Source: Spirochaetota bacterium (GTDB taxonomy: Bacteria > Spirochaetota > UBA4802 > UBA5550). From it: 64,000 nucleotides of DNA. Below, one piece after another: positions 8,675 through 18,882 of the stretch (within the stretch, counting starts at the first letter, position 1; each line of letters opens with the position of its first letter). Under the pieces are notes generated by a model. That model worked only from the letters and a program-made list of their open reading frames with translations. It was not told where the DNA came from and searched no databases. The translations under genes were made by a program, and so were the position numbers. Where the stretch lies: assembly GCA_963664815.2 (NCBI GenBank), contig CAXXHB010000003.1, positions 3,584,001-3,648,000 on the forward strand, in the 5' to 3' direction.

Positions 8675-9751
8675 TTACAGCAGCAGCTTTTTATAAACCT
8701 CTCCGGCATCACCTTCGCTGCATAGACCCGGCCGGTACTCCCGGTCAATTGCAAGAGGGTATGCAACAATACTGTGAATCTTCTTATTTCTGACCGTAAC
8801 ACCAATCATCACTGCGCTTCGCGTTTCGCTCTTCGCTGTCTGGTCGAACACGAAGTTCCCCATGCTGAAAAAAACATGCCCGCCGTTTATTTTTCTGTAG
8901 GGCTGAATCACGTGAGGGTGATGTCCCGCGATAATATCAGCCCCCGCTGAGATTATTTTTTTTGCCAGTTCAATCTCCCTTTCCGATGGTTCAGAAGCCA
9001 TTTCCATCCCCCAGTGAACCGATACTATGACCACGTCACTCTTTCTCCGCAAATCTCTTACGGCATTTATAATCCCCTCGGTATTATTATAATTGATCAC
9101 TTTATCCCTGGCATAATCCGACCTCCTCAGGCTGTTCAGGGTGTCGGTTAAGGAAATGAATCCCACACGGCAGCTGCCGGCAGAGATAATTACGCCTTTT
9201 CCGGAAAGAGACTTTCTGTCCGCCCCGGAATATGCAACACCCGATTTTTCAAGATACAATAAGGTTTTTGCAAGCCCGGCCACCCCCCGGTCAAGTATAT
9301 GGTTATTGGCAACTGAAACAATATTGAGCCCTGCACGCCTGAGTGCTGCTGCAAACCGAGGGTCAGCCCTGAACGTAAGGCCGGTTTTAAGATTTTCCCC
9401 ATCAACAAGCGGTGTTTCAAGATTAGTAAATGCAATGTCAGTTTTTTTAATTAAATATGAGATTTGCGAGAAGGGGTAATCGTAATCACTTTTCTCCCGG
9501 CAGAGATGTTCAACATTGCGAGACAGCATTGTATCACCTGTGAGGATTATGTTTATGTCATCACTTCCATCTTCCAAAGTATCATCAGATACTTTCACAG
9601 GCTCAGAATCTGCTTTATAAAGCAGCAGCGGAATTTCAACCTGACTATTAAGCTTATTGCAGGCACAGAATGTATTTAAAACCAGCAGCAATAAAGTAAT
9701 TTCCAGCAACAAATAGTTTTTTAATCCCGGCATCATTTCAATCCTCAGCAA
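8675..9751 (-). CDS. CapA family (PGA_cap) metallophosphatase, probable lipoprotein
   Basis: GDTML, NLE, ANNH, HWG.E, GHHPHV, SMGNFVFDQ. Confidence 0.9.
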   Translation of the reverse strand: MLRIEMMPGLKNYLLLEITLLLLVLNTFCACNKLNSQVEIPLLLYKADSEPVKVSDDTLEDGSDDINIILTGDTMLSRNVEHLCREKSDYDYPFSQISYLIKKTDIAFTNLETPLVDGENLKTGLTFRADPRFAAALRRAGLNIVSVANNHILDRGVAGLAKTLLYLEKSGVAYSGADRKSLSGKGVIISAGSCRVGFISLTDTLNSLRRSDYARDKVINYNNTEGIINAVRDLRRKSDVVIVSVHWGMEMASEPSEREIELAKKIISAGADIIAGHHPHVIQPYRKINGGHVFFSMGNFVFDQTAKSETRSAVMIGVTVRNKKIHSIVAYPLAIDREYRPGLCSEGDAGEVYKKLLL

Positions 9752-9833
9752 TAATCTCTTACCATAAATTATATTTTAATATCCGGACAGCACTAAAGTC
9801 ATATCAGCCATGCAAAAAATAGTTTTCATCAAC

Positions 9834-9930
9834 CGTCATTCCTGTGAATACAGTAATCTGTTCACTATCAATAAACCTGTTCTGTACAAAACAGATTCCG
9901 GTTCTACGCTTTGCTTCGACCGGAATGACG
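9834..9930. repeat. REP-like inverted-repeat element
   Basis: CGTCATTCC...GGAATGACG termini with internal AATCT/AGATT. Confidence 0.6.
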
Positions 9931-9970
9931 ATAATAAAACCTGAGTGCTATACATAACTATTATCAGTAT

Positions 9971-10885
9971 TCACAGTTTTCCCATATAGATAAAAAAATA
10001 ACTGGTTGCTTTTACATTCTTCTTTGAGACAACTGCCGAATTGGTGTTTAAAAGAATATCGGCTGTATAATTTTTTCCCCGGGAATAACTCATCAGCACT
10101 TCGAGCCCCCTGTTGCAGTCCATGTTGAGCAGAGGGAGAACCCCTTCATCCATATATGTTTTATATCTCTCTATTACATCAGCAGTATGCCTGTCAAAGG
10201 GTTCTATCTCCCTGCTGTACTTATTGTGAACAAAATCCGCGCTGAGCAATACAAACGTCGATTCATCAGAATTTTCGGAAAGGAACTCACCCAGCCTGTA
10301 TGCGTCATTTTCAGAAAACCCGTGTTTAATTATAACAGGTACCACCTTTGACTGCGGGAAATACTCTTTAATAAAAGGAATCAGAGCCCCCATGGAATGC
10401 TCAAAGGTGAAGGCATCCTGATCATACTCCGCGAAGCCGTTCTTTACAAGTTCTCCTGCAATCTTACAGTCCGGTTCGATAAATCCGAATGGAGTTTTCC
10501 ACCGCTGTGAGCTTGCTGCTACAACTGCTCTTCCGCGGGCATAATGATTAGGGCCTATAATAATAAAGGTTTTAATTCCATCATTTCCGCACACAATGGA
10601 GAGTTCTTTAAAAAAACCGGAGATATATTCGGCCATAAGCAGGTGATGGCTGCAGACTCCTGCTGCTATTTTATTTAAATGCGTTTTGAAAGGATATGAT
10701 TTCTTTTCGGCATTCAGAAAAAATTCAATGTCATCACTCTTCAGGGTATACTGAAAGTCCGGATTATTGTCACTTCTGTATGCTGTAATCAGCAATATAG
10801 ATACAACAATACCGGCCGCAAATAAAATACATCTGAGGCCGGTTTTCATAAACGCGGGAGATTTATTCACAGAAATAATCCTCAA
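9971..10885 (-). CDS. AmmeMemoRadiSam protein B / MEMO1-family protein with N-terminal anchor
   Basis: SHH, IIGPNH, WKTPFG, EHS, SADFVH, TSY motifs. Confidence 0.85.
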   Translation of the reverse strand: MRIISVNKSPAFMKTGLRCILFAAGIVVSILLITAYRSDNNPDFQYTLKSDDIEFFLNAEKKSYPFKTHLNKIAAGVCSHHLLMAEYISGFFKELSIVCGNDGIKTFIIIGPNHYARGRAVVAASSQRWKTPFGFIEPDCKIAGELVKNGFAEYDQDAFTFEHSMGALIPFIKEYFPQSKVVPVIIKHGFSENDAYRLGEFLSENSDESTFVLLSADFVHNKYSREIEPFDRHTADVIERYKTYMDEGVLPLLNMDCNRGLEVLMSYSRGKNYTADILLNTNSAVVSKKNVKATSYFFIYMGKL

Positions 10886-10891
10886 TACTGA

Positions 10892-13186
10892 TTACTGTGA
10901 AAACGGTATCTTTTTTATCCAGTCGGGTTCAAGGTTTTTCAGCGATTTCCAGCCCCCTTCTTTGTATACCTTGTCTTTCCATTCATCATCTGTCATCCGT
11001 TTATCCTGCGGATTGCTGAATTCATAGTAGGAGTATATGTATCCCACGCAGACCCTTAGCCCATTGTTGTCGGAAACAACAACATATAACTGATGGGGAA
11101 TGCCTACTCCGGCCTCAAGAACAGTGTGAAAGAAGTTATCGGTATGAACATCCGAGATCAGAGCCATCTGTTTGTCCTTCTGTTTCATGGCGCTGTAATC
11201 AGTATCCTCCGGAAGGATTAGAGCCCCGATATTTGTGTTGAATTCAGCAATAAACATAAAATCATCGTCTGAAATCTTATCATTTGCAACCTGTTTTTTA
11301 GCGATACTCCTCATCCTGTCGACAATCTTTTCAAATTCGACAAAACGCTTTTCATACTGGTCTGTCATCATATTCATTGCGCCGAGTTTTTTTCTTATCT
11401 GTGCAGATAGGTCATATATCGCAGTGAAGAATTTCACGTTAGGTTCCACATACCCGTGAGGAATATACGGCTGCCCGGGAAAATATCTTGTCTCACCCTC
11501 GCCGCCAGCTTCACCGTAGCTCTGTTTTGTATATAGAAGAGTATCATGCTTCAGCTCAGCCCATGAACCGTGTGTTGTAAGAAGAAGCCTGTGACGCCAT
11601 TCGGGTGTTTTGAAAGCAAACGGCAATTTTTCATCCGCTTTGTCAAACAGTGTTATAAACGTATAAAGCCACCCGTAATAGGCATTCTGCTTCCATACAT
11701 TGTCGCCGTATTTGCTGAACTCGTTTTTCAGCGTCATGTATTCACTCTGGTACTTAGGGATATTTTTCATATCACCCTGCAGCAGATCCTCCGCCTCTTT
11801 TGAACCCAGGATTGCCATTACGTCAAGAGCCTTGGGTGTGTTCCTCGGAGCCTCGTTTGTACCGACATTCTTTGAAGTCAGACGTGAAAAGATATATGCA
11901 TCGGGCACAAATCTCTGTCCCATGAACCGGAAGCCGCGCTGCATTTCAAGGTTCTTACCGGAATCTTTGCTGCTTTTACTATCCAGCGGTACACTTGATA
12001 TCTTAGGCCCCGGCAGTTTCTTGGTAGCATTTATAAAATCGTTCAACTTAGCCTTATCCGGGTAAGATCCCGGCATATCCGTGCTTCCGAAGACCTTTCT
12101 CATAACTGCCTGATACTGATACAGGTTAAGATCCTCGCTTTTACCTATGAGATAACCTGTAGGCTTATAAATAAGCTCCCACTTTTTCAGGTTTTCCGGT
12201 TTGCTTAAAAGCGAAGTAAGTATAACAGGTATCACAGGCTTATCCTCCGGGAAATACAGCCTTCCGTACCAGATCATCGCCTTGAAGTATTTTGTAAGAT
12301 TTTCTGTAAGTGTATAATATCCGCGCGGCTTGTATTGCGTGAAGTCCTCCATCTCTCCGGTAATTGCAGACTTGCCGTTACCCTCCATTGCCTCTATCAT
12401 ATTAAGGTCATTTGCAACCAGGGAATTGATCTGGGCAACATCCCCTCTGGGAGTAACCCCCATAATCCTGGCAGGGACCAGGAGAAACGCGGCAGCCTTT
12501 TTAACCTCTTCCTTAAGCTGCGGATCGTAGGTATTATTATAAAGCTCAACAGCGTCATTAAGCATCGATTCCGTCATGGACCGCAGCGCCGGATAAAACT
12601 TCTTCTCCTCGACACTCTGCATCATCCTCATAAACATCAGATGGAATATATGAAGGGTATAATCGGCCGATATGAAGTACGGGGCTATGTTGTACACAGG
12701 ACTGTCTCCCTCCATCCCTTCGTAGTATTCAGAAGGTTTCTGCAGCCTCGAGTACCTGAGATAGAGGTCAACCATATCATCATACCTTAATTCCGTTGCT
12801 CCCCATTCATCCCTTTTCGGGTAATAGAGCTGACTGAGTTCCACCGGCTTGATAAAGAATCCGGTATTCTTAAGAAAATTAAACTCATTCATGTTGAAGA
12901 TATACTCTTCATAGGTATATCTCTCCTCTTTTTTTGTGTTCGTCAGATCGGCAACTGTTTTGTACTCCCTGCCTGTACATTCGAATTTAATCCTTGTAGG
13001 GATACCATCCTTAACTTCGACATCTGAGTAGCCGGCAGCAGCTTCATTTGATGCGTTTTTTTTGCAGCCGGAATTAATGACAAGAGATAAAGCAATAACA
13101 GATAAAATGCAGATAATTCCTGCGGGAATAAAGTATCTGTTTCTTCGGGACAATAAAGTTCCACGATACCAGATATGATCCTTCAT
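10892..13186 (-). CDS. DUF3160 domain lipoprotein
   Basis: Lipobox INSG-C; DFTQYKPRGYY, YFKAMIWYGR, GFRFMGQRFVPD, SWAELKHDTLLY, YSYYEF..RMTDDEW. Confidence 0.85.
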   Translation of the reverse strand: MKDHIWYRGTLLSRRNRYFIPAGIICILSVIALSLVINSGCKKNASNEAAAGYSDVEVKDGIPTRIKFECTGREYKTVADLTNTKKEERYTYEEYIFNMNEFNFLKNTGFFIKPVELSQLYYPKRDEWGATELRYDDMVDLYLRYSRLQKPSEYYEGMEGDSPVYNIAPYFISADYTLHIFHLMFMRMMQSVEEKKFYPALRSMTESMLNDAVELYNNTYDPQLKEEVKKAAAFLLVPARIMGVTPRGDVAQINSLVANDLNMIEAMEGNGKSAITGEMEDFTQYKPRGYYTLTENLTKYFKAMIWYGRLYFPEDKPVIPVILTSLLSKPENLKKWELIYKPTGYLIGKSEDLNLYQYQAVMRKVFGSTDMPGSYPDKAKLNDFINATKKLPGPKISSVPLDSKSSKDSGKNLEMQRGFRFMGQRFVPDAYIFSRLTSKNVGTNEAPRNTPKALDVMAILGSKEAEDLLQGDMKNIPKYQSEYMTLKNEFSKYGDNVWKQNAYYGWLYTFITLFDKADEKLPFAFKTPEWRHRLLLTTHGSWAELKHDTLLYTKQSYGEAGGEGETRYFPGQPYIPHGYVEPNVKFFTAIYDLSAQIRKKLGAMNMMTDQYEKRFVEFEKIVDRMRSIAKKQVANDKISDDDFMFIAEFNTNIGALILPEDTDYSAMKQKDKQMALISDVHTDNFFHTVLEAGVGIPHQLYVVVSDNNGLRVCVGYIYSYYEFSNPQDKRMTDDEWKDKVYKEGGWKSLKNLEPDWIKKIPFSQ

Positions 13187-13500
13187 ACTACCTCCGGGTA
13201 TGATAAATACTGAATTTATAGATTTGTATTTAATTTATATATTTCTGCGGAAGAATCAATGTTTTTTTCTGCAGAATTCAATGAATAAGATTCACGGTTT
13301 TAAAAATGAATTCGGGCATTTCATGTACCTGACAAAAGGGTATGCCATGCATGAAAACAAATCAGTCACATGATATATCGAAGTCTGTTAATGATCCATC
13401 TTAATTTATCAAAATCCTGCAGGAATATGAAAGGAGAATAGTGAAAAAAGTATTCATAAAGCGGTTCAGTCGAACAATAAATATGCAGAAGAAAATTATA

Positions 13501-14505
13501 TTAAGGTGTGAATTTCTGTATACGATTGTTTCCTCCGTCGGTAATATAAATACCGCCAAATGGATCAATTGTAATATCGTAAGGGGAGCTGAACTGCCCG
13601 TCACCGGTACCGCTGCTCCCCCACTGGCATGAATATCTGCCGTCAGGAAGGAATTTCTGAACCCTGTTTGATGATGCATCGGCAACAAAAATATTCCCGC
13701 AGGAGTCAACAGCTATACCGCCTGGCTGACTGAACTGGCCGTTCGCCGTACCGCTGCTCCCCCACTGTGTAATATATGTCCCTGTTGATGAAAATTTCTG
13801 TATCCTTACATTGTTTGTATCCGCAACATATACATTTCCGGAGCTGTCAACGGCAATCTCAGTCGGCTGACTGAACAGTCCGTTACCGGTACCGCTGCTC
13901 CCCCACTGTGTAATATATGTCCCTGTTGATGAAAATTTCTGTACTCTGGAATTGCCCGGATCAACGACATAAATGTTGTCTGAAGAATCAACTGCAATTC
14001 CCGCGAGAGTGCTGAACTGTCCGTCTCCGGTACCCAGGCTTCCCCACTTTGTGATAAATGTTCCTGATGCAGAAAATTTTTCCACCCTTGGAGTTGAAGC
14101 ATTTGAATCCGTTACATAAATATTTCCTGATGAGTCAATGCATATGCTTACCGGAATAGTAAAACTCCCGTCTGCAGTTCCGGAGCTTCCAAATGTTGAT
14201 AAATATGTCCCATTCGATGAGAACTTCTGTATCCGGCAATTCCCCTTATCAACAACATATATATTCCCTGAAGAATCAGCAGCAACACCGTATGGAGTAT
14301 AGAATTTACCGCTGGTATAACCGCTGCTCCCCCATTGAAGGTTATACCCGTAATAATCAGCAAAACAGTCACTCATCGCCATTGAATACATGTCATTTCT
14401 TTCGCAGGTTAGTGTCAGAAGTATCAGGAGCATAAATCCCCCGATAAATGGAATATGAAATAGAATGCGTCTCATCAGAACTCCCGGCCGGATATACATT
14501 ATCAT
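13501..14505 (-). CDS. NHL-repeat beta-propeller lipoprotein
   Basis: Six 47-aa repeats WGSSGTGxGQFxxPxGIAVDSSGNIYVxDxxNxRIQKF; lipobox LTLT-C; alternative start 14475. Confidence 0.92.
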   Translation of the reverse strand: MIMYIRPGVLMRRILFHIPFIGGFMLLILLTLTCERNDMYSMAMSDCFADYYGYNLQWGSSGYTSGKFYTPYGVAADSSGNIYVVDKGNCRIQKFSSNGTYLSTFGSSGTADGSFTIPVSICIDSSGNIYVTDSNASTPRVEKFSASGTFITKWGSLGTGDGQFSTLAGIAVDSSDNIYVVDPGNSRVQKFSSTGTYITQWGSSGTGNGLFSQPTEIAVDSSGNVYVADTNNVRIQKFSSTGTYITQWGSSGTANGQFSQPGGIAVDSCGNIFVADASSNRVQKFLPDGRYSCQWGSSGTGDGQFSSPYDITIDPFGGIYITDGGNNRIQKFTP

Positions 14506-14603
14506 TATGAACCAGGAAATAAAATTTGCACTATATTGTAAAGCGATTTATACGAATAGTCACGCCATGTTCAGCAGTTAAAATCAGATAAAAAACGAAG
14601 AAA

Positions 14604-14858
14604 CTACTTTTTTCTCAAAAAATGGATATTTCTGATATATATCAGAAACCCGGTACTCTGTCCAAGAATAAAGACAATATCTTTTTTCAAAATTGCATAG
14701 GTCAGGAGAAGAATACTCCCCGCCAGGCTTATATACCAGAAAACCTCCGGGATAACACTCTGCTTAGCACGCTCTGAATATATCCACTGAACAACAAATC
14801 TTAATCCGAAAATCAGCTGCCCCAGAAGTCCTATTGCAAGGATAACATTAGTGTTCAC
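14604..14858 (-). CDS. lipid-A-disaccharide synthase N-terminal (LAB_N) domain protein
   Basis: GQLIFGLRFVVQWIYSE..SVIP..FWYISL.GS.....YA...D.VFILGQ..G..IY.RN. Confidence 0.88.
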   Translation of the reverse strand: MNTNVILAIGLLGQLIFGLRFVVQWIYSERAKQSVIPEVFWYISLAGSILLLTYAILKKDIVFILGQSTGFLIYIRNIHFLRKK

Positions 14859-15576
14859 CCGAAGCCTCTTTTATTGAATACGGTATATTCCTTTTAATCA
14901 TCCAGAATACCGCAAAGAGATCGGCAAGTCCCTCCATCCCTCTTTTCAGATTTGTATATTTAGAGACACCAAATTTCCTGGCCCGATGGTTTACTCTGAC
15001 CTCCACGACAGTTGCCCCCTCAAGACGCATCAGTGTTGAAAGGAATCGGTGGGACCCACGGAAAAGCTTGACTTTTTTAAGGATTGAGGCTTTCATAACC
15101 TTCAATGAACATCCGGTGTCGTGAATACTGTCTCCTGTCACCAGAGAGCGGATTGAGTTCCCTATCAGGCTTGCAATGCGGCGTGAAGGACTGTCATTTC
15201 TCTTATACCGCCAGCCGACAACCATATCATATTGTTTATACAGCTCAAGCATGGATGGAATATCATGCGGATCATTCTGAAGATCTGCATCCATTGTAAT
15301 GACAACATCCCCGGATACCTCCTGGAAACCTGCCGCAAATGCGGCCGATTGTCCCATATTATAAGCAAAAGAGAGATACTTCGCAGACAGATTACCGGCC
15401 GACAGGGAACGTATTATATTCAGACTTTTATCTGTGCTCCCGTCATCAACCATTATTACTTCATAGGGAGTTTTTATTTTACTCATTACATCAACCAATT
15501 CAGAAAAAAGTATTTCCAGGTTTTCCTCTTCATTATAAACCGGAATTACAAATGAAATTTTATCGATTGTATTCAT
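14848..15576 (-). CDS. GT2 polyprenol-phosphate glycosyltransferase (ArnC/DPM-like)
   Basis: VIPVYNEE, DDGSTD, GQSAA, MDADLQNDP, DTGCSLK, HRF. Confidence 0.9.
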   Translation of the reverse strand: MNTIDKISFVIPVYNEEENLEILFSELVDVMSKIKTPYEVIMVDDGSTDKSLNIIRSLSAGNLSAKYLSFAYNMGQSAAFAAGFQEVSGDVVITMDADLQNDPHDIPSMLELYKQYDMVVGWRYKRNDSPSRRIASLIGNSIRSLVTGDSIHDTGCSLKVMKASILKKVKLFRGSHRFLSTLMRLEGATVVEVRVNHRARKFGVSKYTNLKRGMEGLADLFAVFWMIKRNIPYSIKEASGEH

Positions 15577-15592
15577 AAAGCATTCCCCCCTG

Positions 15593-17179
15593 TTATTTAT
15601 TATCTTTCTCCGCGGCAGGGAGTTTATAAACACGCAGAGCCTTGTCTATAACCCCGCCGTACTTTGACCTGCTTTCCCAGAGGAGTATACCCCTGGAAAA
15701 TAGTTCCTGATAAAACGCACGCCTTGCAAGAAAAGCATCTCCCGCAGCTCCGGCAGCCGGGCTGCTGCCAGGATCAAAAAAACGGCCGTAACTGCTCTCG
15801 GCTACAACAATATGTGTATAACCTTTACCTGCGGCATTATCAAGGCTCACCAGATCCCCGGTAAAATTCATCCGTTCAAATGTAACCCCCTTCATCCCTG
15901 ACAGGACGCTGCTTCTTTCTGCCAGTTCCTGTATATTGGTATAGCTGTCTCCCGCGACCTTGGCCGGCGGTTGTAATGTGGTTTCCATCCATCCGACAAG
16001 GGCTTTTCTTGAATCCACAGCCGGGCCAAACTGTGCCAATGAATTTTTCGCAAAGGGAAACAGGAACAGTGAGACAACCGCAATAAACAGAACATATAAT
16101 ACGGCATACAGTTTTTCTCCGGTTTTATCTTTTATCATTAAAAGAACCCGCGCAATTATAACTGCTGCAAACATATGACTCAGCATCTCCTGGGGAAGGA
16201 AATACTGTCCGCTTGCCACTTTTCCGCCCGAAATAAGAAACGTAAAAAGAAAAAAGAAAGCGACCATAAACTTTTCACCGCCACCCCTTACTCTGTATGT
16301 TATGACAAAGTGAATGAAGTAAGCAATTACAAGCAGCGGGATTATTAAACTGCTTTGCCCGAAAAATACTTTAACATATGTATAGAGTGGGAACGAGGTA
16401 CGTGCGCCTCCATGCCCCTGAAGAGCCACAATACCCTTATCTGTCCCCGCAATTGTGCCGGCAACCTTCGGGAAAAAACGGTCGATAATTGTCTGAAAAT
16501 ATATTATCATCTGGATGTTGGTAATGATGAATACCGCCAGAAAAATCATCATAAAATATCCGGCTCTTTTCCAGTTGCCGATACGTTCACCGGCATCATT
16601 GACAAGGTCAATCTTCATCACGGCGAATAACCCCATGGGGAGAAAAATGAGCCCCACATATTTACCGGACGAGGCCAAAGCAGCAGCAGCGGCGGTAAAA
16701 ACGAATGTTTTCATCCCCGGCTTCCGGAACATCAGTGCTGCGGCAAAAAGTGTTAAAGAGACACCAAACAGGAATGTCGGATCCTCCTTGAAGAAATGTG
16801 AGAGGTTAATCATCAACGGGCTGAATGACATTAAAACCCCTGATGCCACAGCCGCACACCATCCTGCAATAATCTGCGAACACCCCATCAGCAGGAGTAC
16901 AGTGAGTGATGAATATACCGCCGAGACAAAACGCCCCACCTCCGCCTTCTCCTGCGGCGTATCCGCGCCGGCAACAGCAACAGCTGCACTTACACTGTTA
17001 AGCATAAGCAGAGGATGATTAAAATTATAGTTGTGTATTGTAATCTGTTCAACCTTTGAAGGTTCGGTAGCATGATAAAAATATGGAAAATCATTATTAC
17101 AGGTATATAAAATCATTGTTAAAATAAATATCACAGCGTAAGAGGCTGCAACAATCGGTTTTTTTACATATATTTTCAT
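15593..17179 (-). CDS. ArnT/PMT-like GT-C membrane glycosyltransferase
   Basis: Multi-TM protein; HATE, NFNHP, HFFKED, SGKY; periplasmic C-terminal domain. Confidence 0.72.
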   Translation of the reverse strand: MKIYVKKPIVAASYAVIFILTMILYTCNNDFPYFYHATEPSKVEQITIHNYNFNHPLLMLNSVSAAVAVAGADTPQEKAEVGRFVSAVYSSLTVLLLMGCSQIIAGWCAAVASGVLMSFSPLMINLSHFFKEDPTFLFGVSLTLFAAALMFRKPGMKTFVFTAAAAALASSGKYVGLIFLPMGLFAVMKIDLVNDAGERIGNWKRAGYFMMIFLAVFIITNIQMIIYFQTIIDRFFPKVAGTIAGTDKGIVALQGHGGARTSFPLYTYVKVFFGQSSLIIPLLVIAYFIHFVITYRVRGGGEKFMVAFFFLFTFLISGGKVASGQYFLPQEMLSHMFAAVIIARVLLMIKDKTGEKLYAVLYVLFIAVVSLFLFPFAKNSLAQFGPAVDSRKALVGWMETTLQPPAKVAGDSYTNIQELAERSSVLSGMKGVTFERMNFTGDLVSLDNAAGKGYTHIVVAESSYGRFFDPGSSPAAGAAGDAFLARRAFYQELFSRGILLWESRSKYGGVIDKALRVYKLPAAEKDNK

Positions 17180-17263
17180 GTTTAACTGACTCCCAGAATA
17201 TTATACTGTTATGCTGCCGGTTATAACAGATACAGACTGCTGCCCGGTTTTCCTGATAATTCT

Positions 17264-18256
17264 CTATAGTTTATAACTGTGTGAAACATCAAAAGGCACA
17301 TGATAGTATTCAAAAAATTTATGCGTCACATTGTAACCGGCGCTGTTTGACGGTTTTCCCCAGGTTTCAGCTATCAGCTGGGCGGAATTGATCGATATCC
17401 CTATACATATATCCCTTTCGTGGGGACTGGCATATTCATTTTTATCGTAATTTGAATAACCTCTGGTGTAATACCCGATATCAACCTGGAGAAGACGCAA
17501 CGCAAGGGGGACATCAAACCCTAAATTCTGAAAACCGGCCAGTTTAAAGTTCACGTAGAATGTCCATCCGCTGTAATCGTCAACAAACTCCAGTGAATCC
17601 GTAAACATGCTGTTTGAACTGAAACGGTCAAGATATGCATCCGTCGGACTCCAGTTTCCGCTTATCCCTATAAAACCGCCCAGTACCGGGAACCGGTCCA
17701 GCATAGCCCCGACAAGAATCCCGCTGTAATCCATAACAAGGTCTTCGTAGGAAAAACCGTACTTTGATGAAAACCCGTCGCCGATTTCAATCAGGAACCC
17801 GCAGGTCAGTGAAGAGCCCAGAGAATAGATCCACTTGGTTGAACTGCCATCCTCAGTCCAGTCAAAGACCGAATACATTGACCTCTGCAGCATATAATGC
17901 GCAAAAAAATGTCCGGCCTTGTCCTGCCCGCCGTAGTCAGTATCCTTACCGAACCACCCCTCCTTTTCGGAATAAAAGGAGTGGTCACCCTCCCAGTTCC
18001 AGGCCTTTGCACCGAAAAACAATATAACCGGAACCTCGCCTATGAGAAGTCCGTTTCTGATATAGCGTTTTGAATTATCTTCAGATTTACTGTCATCTGT
18101 TGTTTTACTGTCATCGAGTGCGATATTATTTTTTACAGCATCATTTGTCATTAAACCATTTTGTTCGATGTTTTCACCATAACCATATGTCAGAAATACA
18201 AACAGCAAAATGGCTGATAAAATTATTGATCCCTTTCTAAAATAACAATTTTTCAT
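17264..18256 (-). CDS. DUF2279/YfiM-like exported protein
   Basis: GGQDKAGHFF, IEIGDGFSSKYGFSYEDL, DDYSG. Confidence 0.75.
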   Translation of the reverse strand: MKNCYFRKGSIILSAILLFVFLTYGYGENIEQNGLMTNDAVKNNIALDDSKTTDDSKSEDNSKRYIRNGLLIGEVPVILFFGAKAWNWEGDHSFYSEKEGWFGKDTDYGGQDKAGHFFAHYMLQRSMYSVFDWTEDGSSTKWIYSLGSSLTCGFLIEIGDGFSSKYGFSYEDLVMDYSGILVGAMLDRFPVLGGFIGISGNWSPTDAYLDRFSSNSMFTDSLEFVDDYSGWTFYVNFKLAGFQNLGFDVPLALRLLQVDIGYYTRGYSNYDKNEYASPHERDICIGISINSAQLIAETWGKPSNSAGYNVTHKFFEYYHVPFDVSHSYKL

Positions 18257-18882
18257 TAAAACTACCTCATAGCCCAGACCGGAAAACACTACAGAGACAG
18301 GTTATTCCGGATAAACCACACCGGCTGAAATTATAATTAATTCCCGACTTTATTATAGAGAATTCTTTGATGATTCATAGGGTATATACAGAGCATATGC
18401 ATCAATAGTTTTTCCTTAACTCTTAAGTTTTATTTCTTACAGGAAGGTCATGCTGTTAAAATCAGCAGATAAAAATCTACAGTCCGGGTTTTATACAAAA
18501 TACAGATAACACAATAACCTGGAAGATTGTAATCTAAATAAAGTCTCTTAAAGAAACCTTAAAAGTTGATAAAAAATTATTGTCCCCGGTCATATTATAA
18601 ATGATAAAAGAAATTAACTAAATGATGTAAGAGTCCGATTAATTAAGAATTTTAGTATTCAGCTTAAAACAGGTTTTAAAGTTATTCTACACAGGCAGAT
18701 TTACCAAATGTTTACCTGTATAGAAAGAGTATCTGTAGTAAATATTTTATTCATTGTGAACATATTATTCTCACAATATCTTCATCATTAATAATGTGGA
18801 TATTGTGAGAACCTTTTCCTGCGAATATTGTTGCTACAGATATTGGTATAATAAAAAAAACACAGCTTCAAATGGTGCCATC

